Shown here in pieces: positions 51,528-64,000 of a stretch of 64,000 nt of DNA. The DNA is taken from contig JAVECO010000049.1 in NCBI GenBank assembly GCA_051942205.1, positions 62,001 through 126,000 on the forward strand, given 5' to 3'. The notes beneath the pieces are model-generated. The model saw only the letters and a program-made list of their open reading frames with translations, was not told where the DNA came from and ran no database searches. Source of the DNA: Coniocarpon cinnabarinum. Its lineage: Eukaryota. Every line of letters starts with the position of its first letter. Position 1 is the stretch's first letter. The position numbers and the translations under genes are program-made.

Positions 51528-53528
51528 ATGGCAGCTTTTGGTTTGTAACACCTCCAACCCACTGTACAGTCTGTATGTTCGCTGACACGCGCTTCTTGGT
51601 GCACAGATACGCCTTTCATGTCGACCTTGAGTCCCCACAGCACTTTGGGTCCCGCACCACCTACCGCCGCCGCTGCCACCATCAACACCACACCCGTCTA
51701 CGCCGCCTTCTCTCCCACGTCATCCAGTGACAAGACTGGCCACCACCGCCGAACCACACTCTTGGTGCACCAGAAGTCTCCTCTTCTCGTTGCAACGCCG
51801 CCACAAGTCACCCGCGCGCTCGCCTACTCTCACCCGTTCATCTCTCCTCTCTCCAAGTTTGCCGGCCTGCTATCATGGTCTACGCCAGATCCTTGGGAGT
51901 CCTTCCTCCTTGTTGCAGCCTTCTGGGCCGTAGTCCTTTACGGTGATACAATCCTTCGAACCACCGGTCCGCTTCTTTTCGCTGCCTTCCTCATCTTTGG
52001 CATGTGGAGCAGGCGCTTCTCTCCACTGTCATCAATTGGCTGGACTGTCAGCCAGCGGACCGTCAAAGACCCCGCTCGCCAACATGCACGAAAGGAATCG
52101 CAGAGTGCTAGTCATCACAAGAGCCTGGACGAGATTTTGCAGTCATTGCAGACCTTGACTACACGGTGCAACATATTGCTGGAACCGCTGCTAGACCTAA
52201 CGGATTTCCTTAGCACTCAGCATACGGCCACCACTGCCACGACACGGCCAGCTCTTACAGCACTTTTCACTCGGCTTCTGTTTGTCACCCCGATCTGGTA
52301 CGCTCTCACGCTTCCTCCACTACGCCTCATCACAGCGAAACGCATTGTCCTCGTAGTGGGCACTCTGTTCCTCTCTTGGCATTCTCGACCCGCGCGTGTC
52401 TCAAGGATCATTCTGTGGCGGTCAAAGTCTGTCAGAAAAGCCATAGCATTGATCACTGGTCTCTCGTTTCAAATCGACGCGAGTAATAGCAGTGGTACAA
52501 GTTCCACTTCCAGCGCTGCGGGTGCCGATCGTTCTGCTGCAGCAGCTGCTGCGCAAGCAGCAAGAGATGGGAAACCCAAGGAAGGAATCCGATTTACATT
52601 CGTGCTCTATGAAAATCAAAGAAGATGGCTCGGAATCGGCTGGACGCATAGTATGATGGCATACGAGCGGGCACCGTGGACGGATGAGTATCTGAATCCC
52701 TCTGCTTCCAAGGACGACTTCGAGCTACCAGCCGTACAGGGCGGCGCTGCGGAATGGCGGTGGTGTGAAGGTTCGAAATGGCGCATTGAAGACGATAGCA
52801 CAAACGTAGAACGGGAAGCAGAGAAAAGGAAGAGGGCCGCGAGCAGTGCTTCCAGGTATAGCACCACTTCTAGGGCCAGTGAAGGTGAGCTGGATCCGAC
52901 CGATGATGACGAGAGCTGGATCTACTACAACAATAAGTGGCAAGACGGTCGCCGCAGCGTCGATGGCTGGGGAAGGTATACCCGGCGGCGGAAATGGATA
53001 CGAGACGCTGAATTGGTCGAGATTACACCGACTGCAGACATAACACCGACTCCTTCTCCCCGCATAAGAGCAAAATATGCTGATCAAAAGTCTACCCTAC
53101 CTCGAGTGGAAGACGACAATAGTAGCCTTCTCACACCTGATCGAAACGCTAAATCGCCCAATCTGGTTGCGTTGCCACCTTCGCCGGGATACGACCGTGG
53201 CTCAGACCCCATGGACAGTAACGGCAGCGCTATGTCCCCAATCAAAACGTCGACACCACAATCATTGCCCGTCTCACCCACGAAAGAGTACAAAAGCTGG
53301 TTCAGACGGCGAAGGGACAAGTCGCACTCAAGGAGCTCAAGCCTAGCGCCGACGGTAGCCAGCACGACAGGTGCGGCGAGCGTGACGAGCGAAGACGGTG
53401 ATGCGGCAGACGGTGCGAGTATGATGAGTCGAAGCACGAGAGATGAGGATGATGATGGCTATGTGCCTATGCGAACGGCCATAGAGAAAGCATGGGTTGG
53501 GGAGGATGAGGAGAGAGAGCTGGGCTGA
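51528..53528 (+). CDS. Integral peroxisomal/ER membrane peroxin, Pex23/Pex30 family with DysF domain; intron 51541-51606
   Basis: Spliced start MAAF|DTPF; hydrophobic hairpins; FTFVLYENQRRWLGIGW, YERAPWTD, WIYYNNKW, YTRRRKWIRDAEL. Confidence 0.85.
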
Positions 53529-53893
53529 ACATTATTATATACAGATAATTCTGACGAGCGACGCGAAATGATAAAGATATGCTTGCGGACACACACCAAT
53601 TTTCAACCGATTACATCGTGGTAAATAGAAGCAAGCATTGAAGCTCTAAGGAGACTTGTCATGCCCAGACCGCTAAGAACATTAATTCAATATTAACAAG
53701 GAGGGGTGCCATGGTATTATTGTGATTCCAATCTAGCCCACGCACATCGTAAGACAGTGCCAGAAGTTCTTTCTCACCATCACTCAAATTGCGCAGCCTT
53801 GGCATGCCCACACTTACACTCCCAACTTCGCAAAACCATCAAAGACGACACATCAAGTCTTTACCACGCGACTGAGAGTCGCCAACCCTCAAG

Positions 53894-54514
53894 ATGGCGA
53901 TCAAACACAATCAGATGATCCCGCACAACCGTATGTGTCTCTTCCGTCACCTCATCAACGACAACACGCGAGCTAACGACTCAAAGACTTCCGCAAGGAC
54001 TGGCAACGCTACGTCCGTGTACACTTCGACCAGGTATGTCCCGCTGCTCCAATGAATAGAACCACACCGTCAACAACTCCACGCCGTCCATCACGAGCAG
54101 TTCCCCAAATCCGAGAATCCTTGACTCCTTCGGTCTCACCCACATTTCCTGAGTCAAACTAACACCTCCCAGCCCGGCAAGAAAAAATCCCGCCGCACCG
54201 CCCGTGCCGCCAAAGCCGCAAAGACAGGCGCCAAACCCGTCGACCGCCTCCGCCCCGTCGTGCGCTGTCCCACCGTGAAATATAACCGGCGCTCGCGCGT
54301 CGGTCGCGGCTTCTCGCTGCAGGAACTGAAAGCCGCGGACATCAGCAAGCGATATGCGCCCACCGTGGGGATCGCGGTGGATCATCGGCGGAAGAATCTG
54401 AGTGAGGAGGGTCTCAACGCGAATGTGGAGCGGTTGAAGGAATATCAGAGTCGTTTGGTTGTTAGGCCGAGTCGGGCGCAGAAGAGGAGAGCGGAGGGGA
54501 AGGAGAAGAAGTGA
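53894..54514 (+). CDS. RPL13: 60S ribosomal protein eL13, 141 aa (short C-terminus); exons 53894-53930, 53987-54033, 54173-54514
   Basis: MAIKHNQMIPHN|HFRKDWQRYVRVHFDQ|PGKK...LRPVVRCPTVKYN...GRGFSLQELKAA...GIAVDHRRKN; canonical introns. Confidence 0.93.
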
Positions 54515-54791
54515 GGGTTTGACGACTATCAGCAGGCTTGGTGTGGCAAGTGTGGTTTAAGGGGCCTAGTACGGGAGCGACATCAGAACGCTCTTGTTGC
54601 CTGAAGGTGCAGCAGAAGCTGTATGACACTGGCGAGCACCAGCGTGTGCCATCATTCACGATGAGATGGCGTGGCGCAACGTGATCACAGCAGCCCCAAA
54701 ATGATTGAGGATCGCAACAGTAGTAGCAGAATCAACGGCCATACCCGCATCATGGCATTTGCAAGCTCCTCAGCATTTCGCAAAAATACAT

Positions 54792-57023
54792 TCAACCCAC
54801 CGCATTCCCCAAATCATGCTCCTTAATATACTCACTCCCCATCTCCTCAAACTCCTGTCTCGTAACCCAAGCATTCCCCGATTGTTTTTCATTCGCCCAC
54901 CGTGCAGCCCCCCTCCAAGCATCCAGTCGTGGATCACTCGCCATGCGAACTCCCAACTGCGCCTCCACAGGCAAACAAGCCCGCAGCTCTCTCTTCACCC
55001 GCTCTTCAAACCCCTCAAAGAGCACATTACCACCCGTTAGAAAGACGTCTTTGAGTAGCGCCTCCCGAACGTGCTGATCGGGTAATCGCTGTGTGAGGAT
55101 ATCGGCTGCGATTTCGACGACGCCGGCTTGGTCCAGGCCCGCGATGCTGGGTTGGAACACAACCTCAGGAACACGGATTCTCTCCACGTTCAAATGGACT
55201 TGATGCGCTTCCCGTTGACTCTCGGGGTCATGCGGCCGCGGCCCATGCAAGAACGAATGAATGAGTGAGCGACTCCAATCGGATTGCGCGTCGCGTGTTG
55301 ATTCCTCCGTGAAATTCGGATCATACTGCAGCAGCTGCGCTTCCACGGCTTTCAAACTGGTGTTCAAATCCGTCTCCTCTTCTTCGTCGTCGGAGCCTTC
55401 TCCTGTTGCGATCGTGCGGTAAACGCCCCAATCTGCGTCGTCGGCGCCAAAGGTGTCATCATCGCCGCCGCCGCGTCGGCGTTTTTTGGTCGGGTTGTCA
55501 GATGCGAGATTCGCTATGGACTTCATCCGCATCTGACTTGCGATGCTCTTCCGATTGCTCAAATCCGCTTTGAGTCTTGCGCGGTCTTTCATGCGCTGCA
55601 GCACTTGCCGCCGGAGGGCGTGGCGTTCCGACAGCCATTCTTGCGGATTAGCTTCACGGTGTGCCGCGTCCTGACGCTCTTCCTCTTCCTTGCGGAGACG
55701 TTCACGTTCCTTCTCGGCTTTGGCGCGGGCGCGGGCGTCGTGATTTGATTTCAGGAGACGCTGTTGCCGTTTCTGCTTCAGGCCTTCTTCGTCGAGTTGG
55801 TCGTCTGCGATGTCAAGAAGGGGGTAAGTATGCGGGACTTCGGGCTCAGGCTCCATGTCGCCAACGTCTTTGTTACGGGCACGCTTGATGCTGCGTTCCA
55901 TGTCTTTGACGCGGCGTTCGAGCTGGGCGTCATCGTCGAAGTCGTCAGACTCCAAAAGGCGCTTGCCCTCTTTTTTGTTGCTGTTTTGCACCCGCTCTTG
56001 GAGCTGTTTGTAATACTCCAGCTCCTGTTCTTTGCGGACCAGCTTCTCGAGACGCATCTTCGCCGCTTGCTCTTGGAGGCGGCGACCGCCTTCTTTGCGC
56101 TTTTCGGCGGCGCGAGCGAGCTCTTCTTCCGTTTTCTGAGCGACGACTTGCTCGGTGAAGGGCCATTGGATGATGTGTTCGCGGTCTTCGAGGCCGGTCC
56201 AGTCAAGGTAGCGGGATAACTCTGATTCGTAGTCTTGGGAGATATAGCAGTGGTCTTTGACAAGGTCTTCGAGCTGGGGATCGGTGATCCGAGCGGGAAA
56301 TGAGGGATACTTCATCTTCAGCAGCTTGTTTAGATAGTCTGCGGACTGCCATCTCCCCCAGTTGAGACGGGTCGTGTGCGATAGCAAAGGTTTTTGCTCG
56401 AACACGGGGATGAGATGTGTTGATGTATAGGCTGAAGAAACGACCAGCCCGGAGGACCCACGGTTCTGGCGATATGAAAATAGAGAGTCAATGCCATACG
56501 ATACTTTTGATGCGCCGTAGCATTCGAACAGGATCTCATTCGTGGTCCTGCGAGCGTAGGGAAGATTCGCGACCGGCTCGGTCATCAACACTGGCCGGTC
56601 AATGCGACCTTCTGCAGCCTCCAAGCCCAGCTTAATGAAGCAGTAATCCAGGACACCTTCCAAGACGTCCCAATTGTTGATGATATTGCTGCCTGGCTCA
56701 TAGGCATTCTTGGACTGTCCTCTTGCAGTGCCATCCGCGAAAACATCAGAACCGCAGAACATGTAATATCGGTTTACGCGCCGGTCCTTGTATTTGGCCA
56801 TGAGCGGAGGCATGGCCACGCGCGGATTCTTGTCGAACGCCCACCCGGCGCGCATCGCTGATGAGCCATTGTCTATGACAATCGCAGTGTCACTCTTCGA
56901 CTGTTTGAATCCCGCAGAGTCCGCTGTGAGAACACCGGCAAATGGCGGTTCGCTAGCTTTGTAGATATTGGTGGGCGGCGGTTTTGGAGCGCGCTGGACA
57001 GGCTCTTCGATGGCTGAAGGCAT
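54792..57023 (-). CDS. ARP5: Actin-related protein Arp5 (INO80 complex)
   Basis: IVIDNGSSAMRAGW, YGIDSLFSY, coiled-coil insert, DDTFGADDADWGVY, HLNVERIRVPEVVFQP, EYIKEHDLGN. Confidence 0.95.
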   Translation of the reverse strand: MPSAIEEPVQRAPKPPPTNIYKASEPPFAGVLTADSAGFKQSKSDTAIVIDNGSSAMRAGWAFDKNPRVAMPPLMAKYKDRRVNRYYMFCGSDVFADGTARGQSKNAYEPGSNIINNWDVLEGVLDYCFIKLGLEAAEGRIDRPVLMTEPVANLPYARRTTNEILFECYGASKVSYGIDSLFSYRQNRGSSGLVVSSAYTSTHLIPVFEQKPLLSHTTRLNWGRWQSADYLNKLLKMKYPSFPARITDPQLEDLVKDHCYISQDYESELSRYLDWTGLEDREHIIQWPFTEQVVAQKTEEELARAAEKRKEGGRRLQEQAAKMRLEKLVRKEQELEYYKQLQERVQNSNKKEGKRLLESDDFDDDAQLERRVKDMERSIKRARNKDVGDMEPEPEVPHTYPLLDIADDQLDEEGLKQKRQQRLLKSNHDARARAKAEKERERLRKEEEERQDAAHREANPQEWLSERHALRRQVLQRMKDRARLKADLSNRKSIASQMRMKSIANLASDNPTKKRRRGGGDDDTFGADDADWGVYRTIATGEGSDDEEEETDLNTSLKAVEAQLLQYDPNFTEESTRDAQSDWSRSLIHSFLHGPRPHDPESQREAHQVHLNVERIRVPEVVFQPSIAGLDQAGVVEIAADILTQRLPDQHVREALLKDVFLTGGNVLFEGFEERVKRELRACLPVEAQLGVRMASDPRLDAWRGAARWANEKQSGNAWVTRQEFEEMGSEYIKEHDLGNAVG

Positions 57024-57056
57024 TGTAGCGGTCTTGTAGGCTTAGGAGAATCTACT

Positions 57057-57345
57057 CTACTTCTCCTCGGTTGGATCCTTGAGATTGTCCGTCGCTTCCA
57101 AGTGAAATAGGCTGTTCGACTGGTAATTCTTGAACATCTGCGCCACAAGCTCTACATTCATATTCTGAAAGTTGATCTCCTGCAGGGATTTGTTGAGGAC
57201 GGAGACGGCTTCATTCAGCTTCTCAACATTTGCCGTGATGCGTGAAAGTAAGAGGTTCTGCTGGTGTTCATGCGGACTTTCCTGCAGGAGCCGTGTCAGC
57301 CTCTGCAGCGGCTGCGCATTGAGGTCGTGCGAAGCGGCATACCAT
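57057..57345 (-). CDS. DAD4: DASH/Dam1 complex subunit Dad4, 75 aa; ATG-only first coding exon, intron 57282-57342
   Basis: [27 protein letters not shown]...QMFKNYQSN...FHLEAT; GTATGC...GCTGAC...CAG intron. Confidence 0.9.
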
Positions 57346-57609
57346 TTTCCTCGATACCCATCTGCATCCGATCGTTCCGGAATATTCAAGCGGGTTCGAG
57401 GTCGGACTTTGGTCTTGGCTGCCACCAAAGCTACCTTGCACGCGGTGTTCGACGCGCCTATCCGCACGCGTTACGCGAGTCAGTGTTCTATGAAGGAACC
57501 CCAGCCGAGATATCTCGAAGTTGAGAAGCGGCGTCTCATCCTTCGCAGAAGCTCTAACCACTACTGAGTGTATTCATTTATTCAGGGTTGAAGCGTCTTG
57601 GAAACAAAG

Positions 57610-58206
57610 ATGGCGCCAATCACACAAGCATCCGACGAGAGCAACCACCAAGAGCTCATGGACAAGCTCGACATCTACGGCGTCCGCAAGCCCTTCCGCA
57701 ACCCCAACTGGCGCGCCGCTCAACGTCGCAACAAGAACGTCAAGCAAATCATCTCCGAAGCCGCACGCAGAAACGAAGCATCACTGCAAGCCACACAAGA
57801 AAACAGCCGCCTCGCAACACCCACGCCCGAATCGGTCAACGGCGCGACTGAGAGCGTCACACCCACAGTCAACGGCACAGAATCCAAGCCCAACCTTGAA
57901 AAGGCGGATCAGAACCTGTCAAGGTTGGCGCTTGAGCAAAGTGCACAGCAAGTTAAGAGTGAGAGAGGAGGTGGTCCTTCGGCGCCGCCTTCGATTACAT
58001 ACACGAACATTGAGTCTGCGCCTTCGTTACATCCTAGTAGTCAGCGGAGATATTGCGACATCACTGGGCTTCCAGCGCTATATACAGACCCCAAGTCGAA
58101 GCTCAGATATCACAATGGCGAAGTCTTTAACCTTGTTCGAACACTTGGCCAGCATTCAACTGAGGCTTATCTCTCAGCACGAGGGGCGCACACGGTCCTG
58201 AAATGA
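57610..58206 (+). CDS. IES6: INO80 subunit Ies6 (YL1-C domain)
   Basis: KPFRNPNW, RRNKNVKQII, TYTNIESAPS, YCDITGLPALYTDPKSKLRYHN, YLSARGAHTVLK. Confidence 0.92.
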   Translation: MAPITQASDESNHQELMDKLDIYGVRKPFRNPNWRAAQRRNKNVKQIISEAARRNEASLQATQENSRLATPTPESVNGATESVTPTVNGTESKPNLEKADQNLSRLALEQSAQQVKSERGGGPSAPPSITYTNIESAPSLHPSSQRRYCDITGLPALYTDPKSKLRYHNGEVFNLVRTLGQHSTEAYLSARGAHTVLK

Positions 58207-59192
58207 TCCCGAGTCAACACAACGCGCATCATTAGCTACGAGAGTCCTCGCAAAGCGTTGCCAAGCACACGGTCAGCGGAGGTATGGCTCCAAGAAGCCT
58301 GGACCCAGATACACACCGCCTTGGACTTCCAGTAAAGGTGGATGGAATTGGTCTTCTCGACAACATTCCTACCTCCCTGGTTTTCATTCCAAAGGCTCTG
58401 AGCAAGACTGAGACAAATGAATGTACGACCGGTCTTAGTCAAGCCCTTCCTATCGCTGAGAAGAAAGCGCTCCGGCTTAATTGCGATCTCAATGTACTCT
58501 TCGCCGAGCGGACGATTACCATAGCCTCATGAGGAGGGAGGAACAGTTACAACATTCGAGATGTTGTGATCGCGGCGATAGTATACGGAGAACAAGGGTC
58601 ACAAAAGTCTCCAGAGACTCAATCCCGAAATTTTGTTGTTGCAAGACTTTGGAGTTTGATTGTGAATGCAAGTCGATCATAAATTCAAGCAGTGAAATGC
58701 TGTTGGCGTGAGCATAACGTGTGCGAACCTGGGTACACGCTCTATTGTAGCATCTTGATTTGCAAAGCACATCCAGAAATGTAAAGATGTTGATGTTGTC
58801 CATGAAGATGGCTGGATTTACAAGCCGTCCTGCGCTGTTCGAGAGCCCTGCCCTCATAATGACTTGGCAAACCACGTGACCTAAAAGTCATCATCACTGC
58901 TTCTAAGTAACCTTAACTCTACTCTCCACAATTTCACGGGTATCGAGGGTACAGGGCTAGCAAGATGTTTTTTTTGGTGTCGATATTCTTCGCAAGCCAG
59001 ACCTGGTTTTGTAGGCCTTTTATGCTTTCCATCAAAGCCCAAAGAGCCGTGCCCAAATGGCTTCAGCTTCATGGTCGGTGACCTTTGCTGGATTGGCAGA
59101 ATGTGCCTCAGGTTGTCAAGAGAGCTGGCCCTACAAGTGATGGGTTTGCTAGATATCCCCTCGAACTTGGACGGTTGTATTCCAGCACTCGT

Positions 59193-61065
<1,873 letters not shown>

Positions 61066-62022
61066 CACGCGTATGCAATCTTGACAATCAATGCACTAAG
61101 TATCAGGCTAAGCATTTCACCCACATGCTACACAGATAGCTTCAGCAGCGACGACCATATAGAGAAAGCTATGCGTATTCGCATCCATAGCAAAGAAGAT
61201 AATCTGGCGTAAGCTGATCGCAGCCAGGGAAACTTACAAGCAGGGCAAGCAATTACAGCAAAGTAAGCACTGTGTACCCCACCCAGTTTCCATCACAGCC
61301 AAGCAAGGTATCGACGCTCACGGAGTCTTGGCCTAAGGGCCAAAGGGGGGCAATTTATACGGGTTGATGTTGAAGAGGTTGATTACGCTCGAACAAACTT
61401 CTAGCAGTCAAAACACATCCGTGACGAGACTGTCAGTATGGCGGTGGACATGAAGCTTGCTTCCACTGGCTTAATGGCATGTGCAGTGTCGTGACTACCT
61501 CCTGTGCTGTTGGCCAAATTATCACTGTACTAGTACCGCGGCGACTCGTTCCAGGAGATTTGACTAGAGCGCCACTTTCCAATGTGCCTCTTTGCGTACC
61601 TAACAATAGTAAAAGATTATTCAAATATGATGTACAAGTCACTGAGCATAGCGGCTGGGTATCTCCGTCGAATATGGACTAAGCCGAATCTGTAGCTAGC
61701 GTTTACGGGCTTCAGGGTGACGATGCACGTGCCATGCTCGACGATGGTGGGTAGATAGGTAAACGGCCAGCTCGCCCAACCAGCTTCCCAAAAAATTGTT
61801 TGACGACGACCCTAGCGGTCTCAAGGTCTAATTGACAGCCAACGAGAATTCCTCGGCTGTGCATTTAAGACCTTGCATCTGAAATGGACTTGACAATACA
61901 TTGCTGCAAGGCGGCGAGGCTGCAGACGGTGGTGGCTGAGCCCGCAATGGCTCGATGGCTGCAAAGACTACCTTGATTATGACATTGTCAGCATCTTCTA
62001 CAGTCTTGTTCAATTTGAAGAG

Positions 62023-63938
62023 ATGACATTGTCGTGGCACATGGCAGATGCTATACAGATTCCGCCGAAAGCCAGACTTGCTCGTACAACAACGAGCTTT
62101 CCGGCACCCGAGGCATCACTGCAACATCTGAGTGACGGGCGCTCGAACTCAGATCATTTTTCGACACAAGCTGCAGAGCAATCAAATATCGACAGCGCGC
62201 TGCCTAATGCGCCTGAAGAGGGTGTCGAAGACGCTGGCATTGTGAAGACGTACCACCCAGTCCGAAAGATTTCTGTGAGCAAAGTCAAACTGGAACAGCC
62301 TTCACTCGACTATCATACAAAATGGATCGAAACGTTCCTACGCCTTAGCAACGATCAGGCACTGCCAAGCAATGTCTACCTCCTTTGTGCAAGAGATGCT
62401 GGTCAAGATCTGGAGATGATAAAGATGGATTTGTCAGGTCTAGAGACACAACAGGAGCTCGCAAGATCCGTCAAGTCATTTCTTTCTACATTGAAGCTCA
62501 AGGCTCTGATCGTTTGCCACCCAGAGAGCTGTGGTATTGGTCGAGCTGTGCTCGAGTACCTTCGACATACTTTCAGTGTCGATACAGCCTTTCTACGACA
62601 GCATCTCTTTCACGAAGGCATTGTGGACGAGGAGTCTTGCAATACTCAGCTTAGAGAATGGTGCCGACAGTTCATCGATGTTCATTCTTGGCCGACGTAC
62701 CAAAATATCACAGAGGATGTCGCGTTACCTTCTGACTTGTCTAGCAAGCGCCTTCATCTGAATTTTGAGTTCCATCGTATGTCGCTTTGTTTATGTCGCG
62801 GACTAAGTAGGTGTCACTCACTATGTTTGCGCTGCACATACTAATGATGTTAGGCGTCACTTTGCTGCGGTCGAACGTCAGCAACTACGACGGTGAACAT
62901 CCGACTTTTGAGGACTGCTTCATTCACGAGCTTTTTCGAAATCCCTTGCAAAATCAGAATCATCAACATCTATATCTTATCGCAGCATGGGGACGTTTGG
63001 TGCTTCGCGAACATCAGTGGAATTTCTTTACTACATTTGGTGATCTTAGTGTCATGAACATGTCACAATTTGCTGGGAAGAGTCCAGACATCCTAGAGCA
63101 TGCCCAAACAGTGTTACTCCGCAGAGAAGAAATAATTCACTTGCAGCGTAAGATTAATAACTTTCTCGGCCTCTACAGCCGGAGTGTCAGGAAAGATGAA
63201 CCGCTGAAAACCTTTTTCCACGATATCGACGATCAACAGCAATCATTTTTGAGTGCTCGACGTATTTTTGACGCCTATCAAGCTCAGAGCCAACAAAACC
63301 ATACAAGTGACTTAGTAAGCAGGCAACTGAAAGAAACTCAAAAGTCAATACAGTCGGCCATTAGTGTCCAGAGACTTAGCAGACTCGGTTTCGTATACAT
63401 TCCCCTCAACTTTGTCTGCGCGATGCTCAGTATGAACATGGCTGCCTTTGGCCAAGGCACGCTTTCGATGTGGCTATTCTTCTTGCTAGGGCTTCTTTTC
63501 ATTGCGTTGACGACCATGCCGCTCTTGTTCGCGACGGAGCTTGAAAGACTCAATTATGAAACCGCTCGCATCGGACTACAAATTGCCTGGCGCTCACCCG
63601 TGGCGGCTTTCTGGTACGTTTGTTTCTGTGCAACACATGACCCAAGACATTCCGCAGAGCTGTACCAAGCAGGCTTGTCTCAGGGTCTTCGAGGGTCAAC
63701 TGGCAGAGTAAATGATTGGATTAGAGGGCGTAAACCAGGGGATGAGCGAGCTGATTGTTACTGTTATGGCTGGCCAGCTGTTGGCAAGGGCCGTTCCAGC
63801 GGACTGTTCTGGGGTAAGAGGCTCCAACACATCTTCCGACTCCTGGATACCCCAAATTGGGAGAAACACTCATTCGTTCATCATGCATTTAGTAGTGAGC
63901 GAGTAAGGGAAGGACACACCCGGGCTTTCGGAGTGTAG
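62023..63938 (+). CDS. Fungal membrane protein with CorA-like C-terminal transmembrane pair; one intron ending at 62853
   Basis: SVQRLSRLGFVYIPLNFVCAMLSMNM followed by a second hydrophobic helix; phase-1 intron (donor 62777 or 62807, CTAAT branch) joins the two ORFs. Confidence 0.6.
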
Positions 63939-64000
63939 CACCTGATATACGCTCGCTACAAGAGTCACAACCATCTGCGACTTGACAATCAGTTGCCTGG

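Noticed and set aside
54034..54172. H/ACA snoRNA in RPL13 intron 2
   Set aside because: No ANANNA H box between the stems, and the ACA coincides with the branch point.
58236..58530. Minus-strand frame containing KPERFL, resembling a cytochrome P450 PERF motif
   Set aside because: No ExxR motif or heme-binding FxxGxRxC cysteine; insufficient for a pseudogene call without a profile search.

Overview
Gene-dense eukaryotic DNA from a filamentous ascomycete (Pezizomycotina, inferred from short GT-AG introns with CTRAC branch points and the head-to-head class V/class VII chitin synthase pair). About 22 protein-coding genes can be reconstructed by splicing: ARP9, NTE1, two small secreted proteins, ARP6, TRF4-type poly(A) polymerase, a Crd2-type metallothionein, a gamma-tubulin complex subunit, CsmA/CsmB chitin synthases, a 26-aa three-exon metallothionein missed by the ORF track, guanine deaminase, two paralogous aspartic proteases flanking an SDR/Zn2Cys6 pair, a Pex23/Pex30-family peroxin, a C-terminally truncated eL13, ARP5, DAD4, IES6, a carboxylesterase and a CorA-like membrane protein. 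There are also several minisatellite arrays. The most striking signal is at the left edge: the 3' half of a probable tRNA-Ala gene whose acceptor stem is interrupted between positions 71 and 72 by a 54-nt sequence with all the marks of a spliceosomal intron. Removing it restores the canonical ...ATTGTCCA end. Other notable points are the 33-bp DAD4-ARP5 gap opposite IES6, the short eL13, and small lesions at catalytic or splice positions. All family calls come from motif recognition, not database searches.
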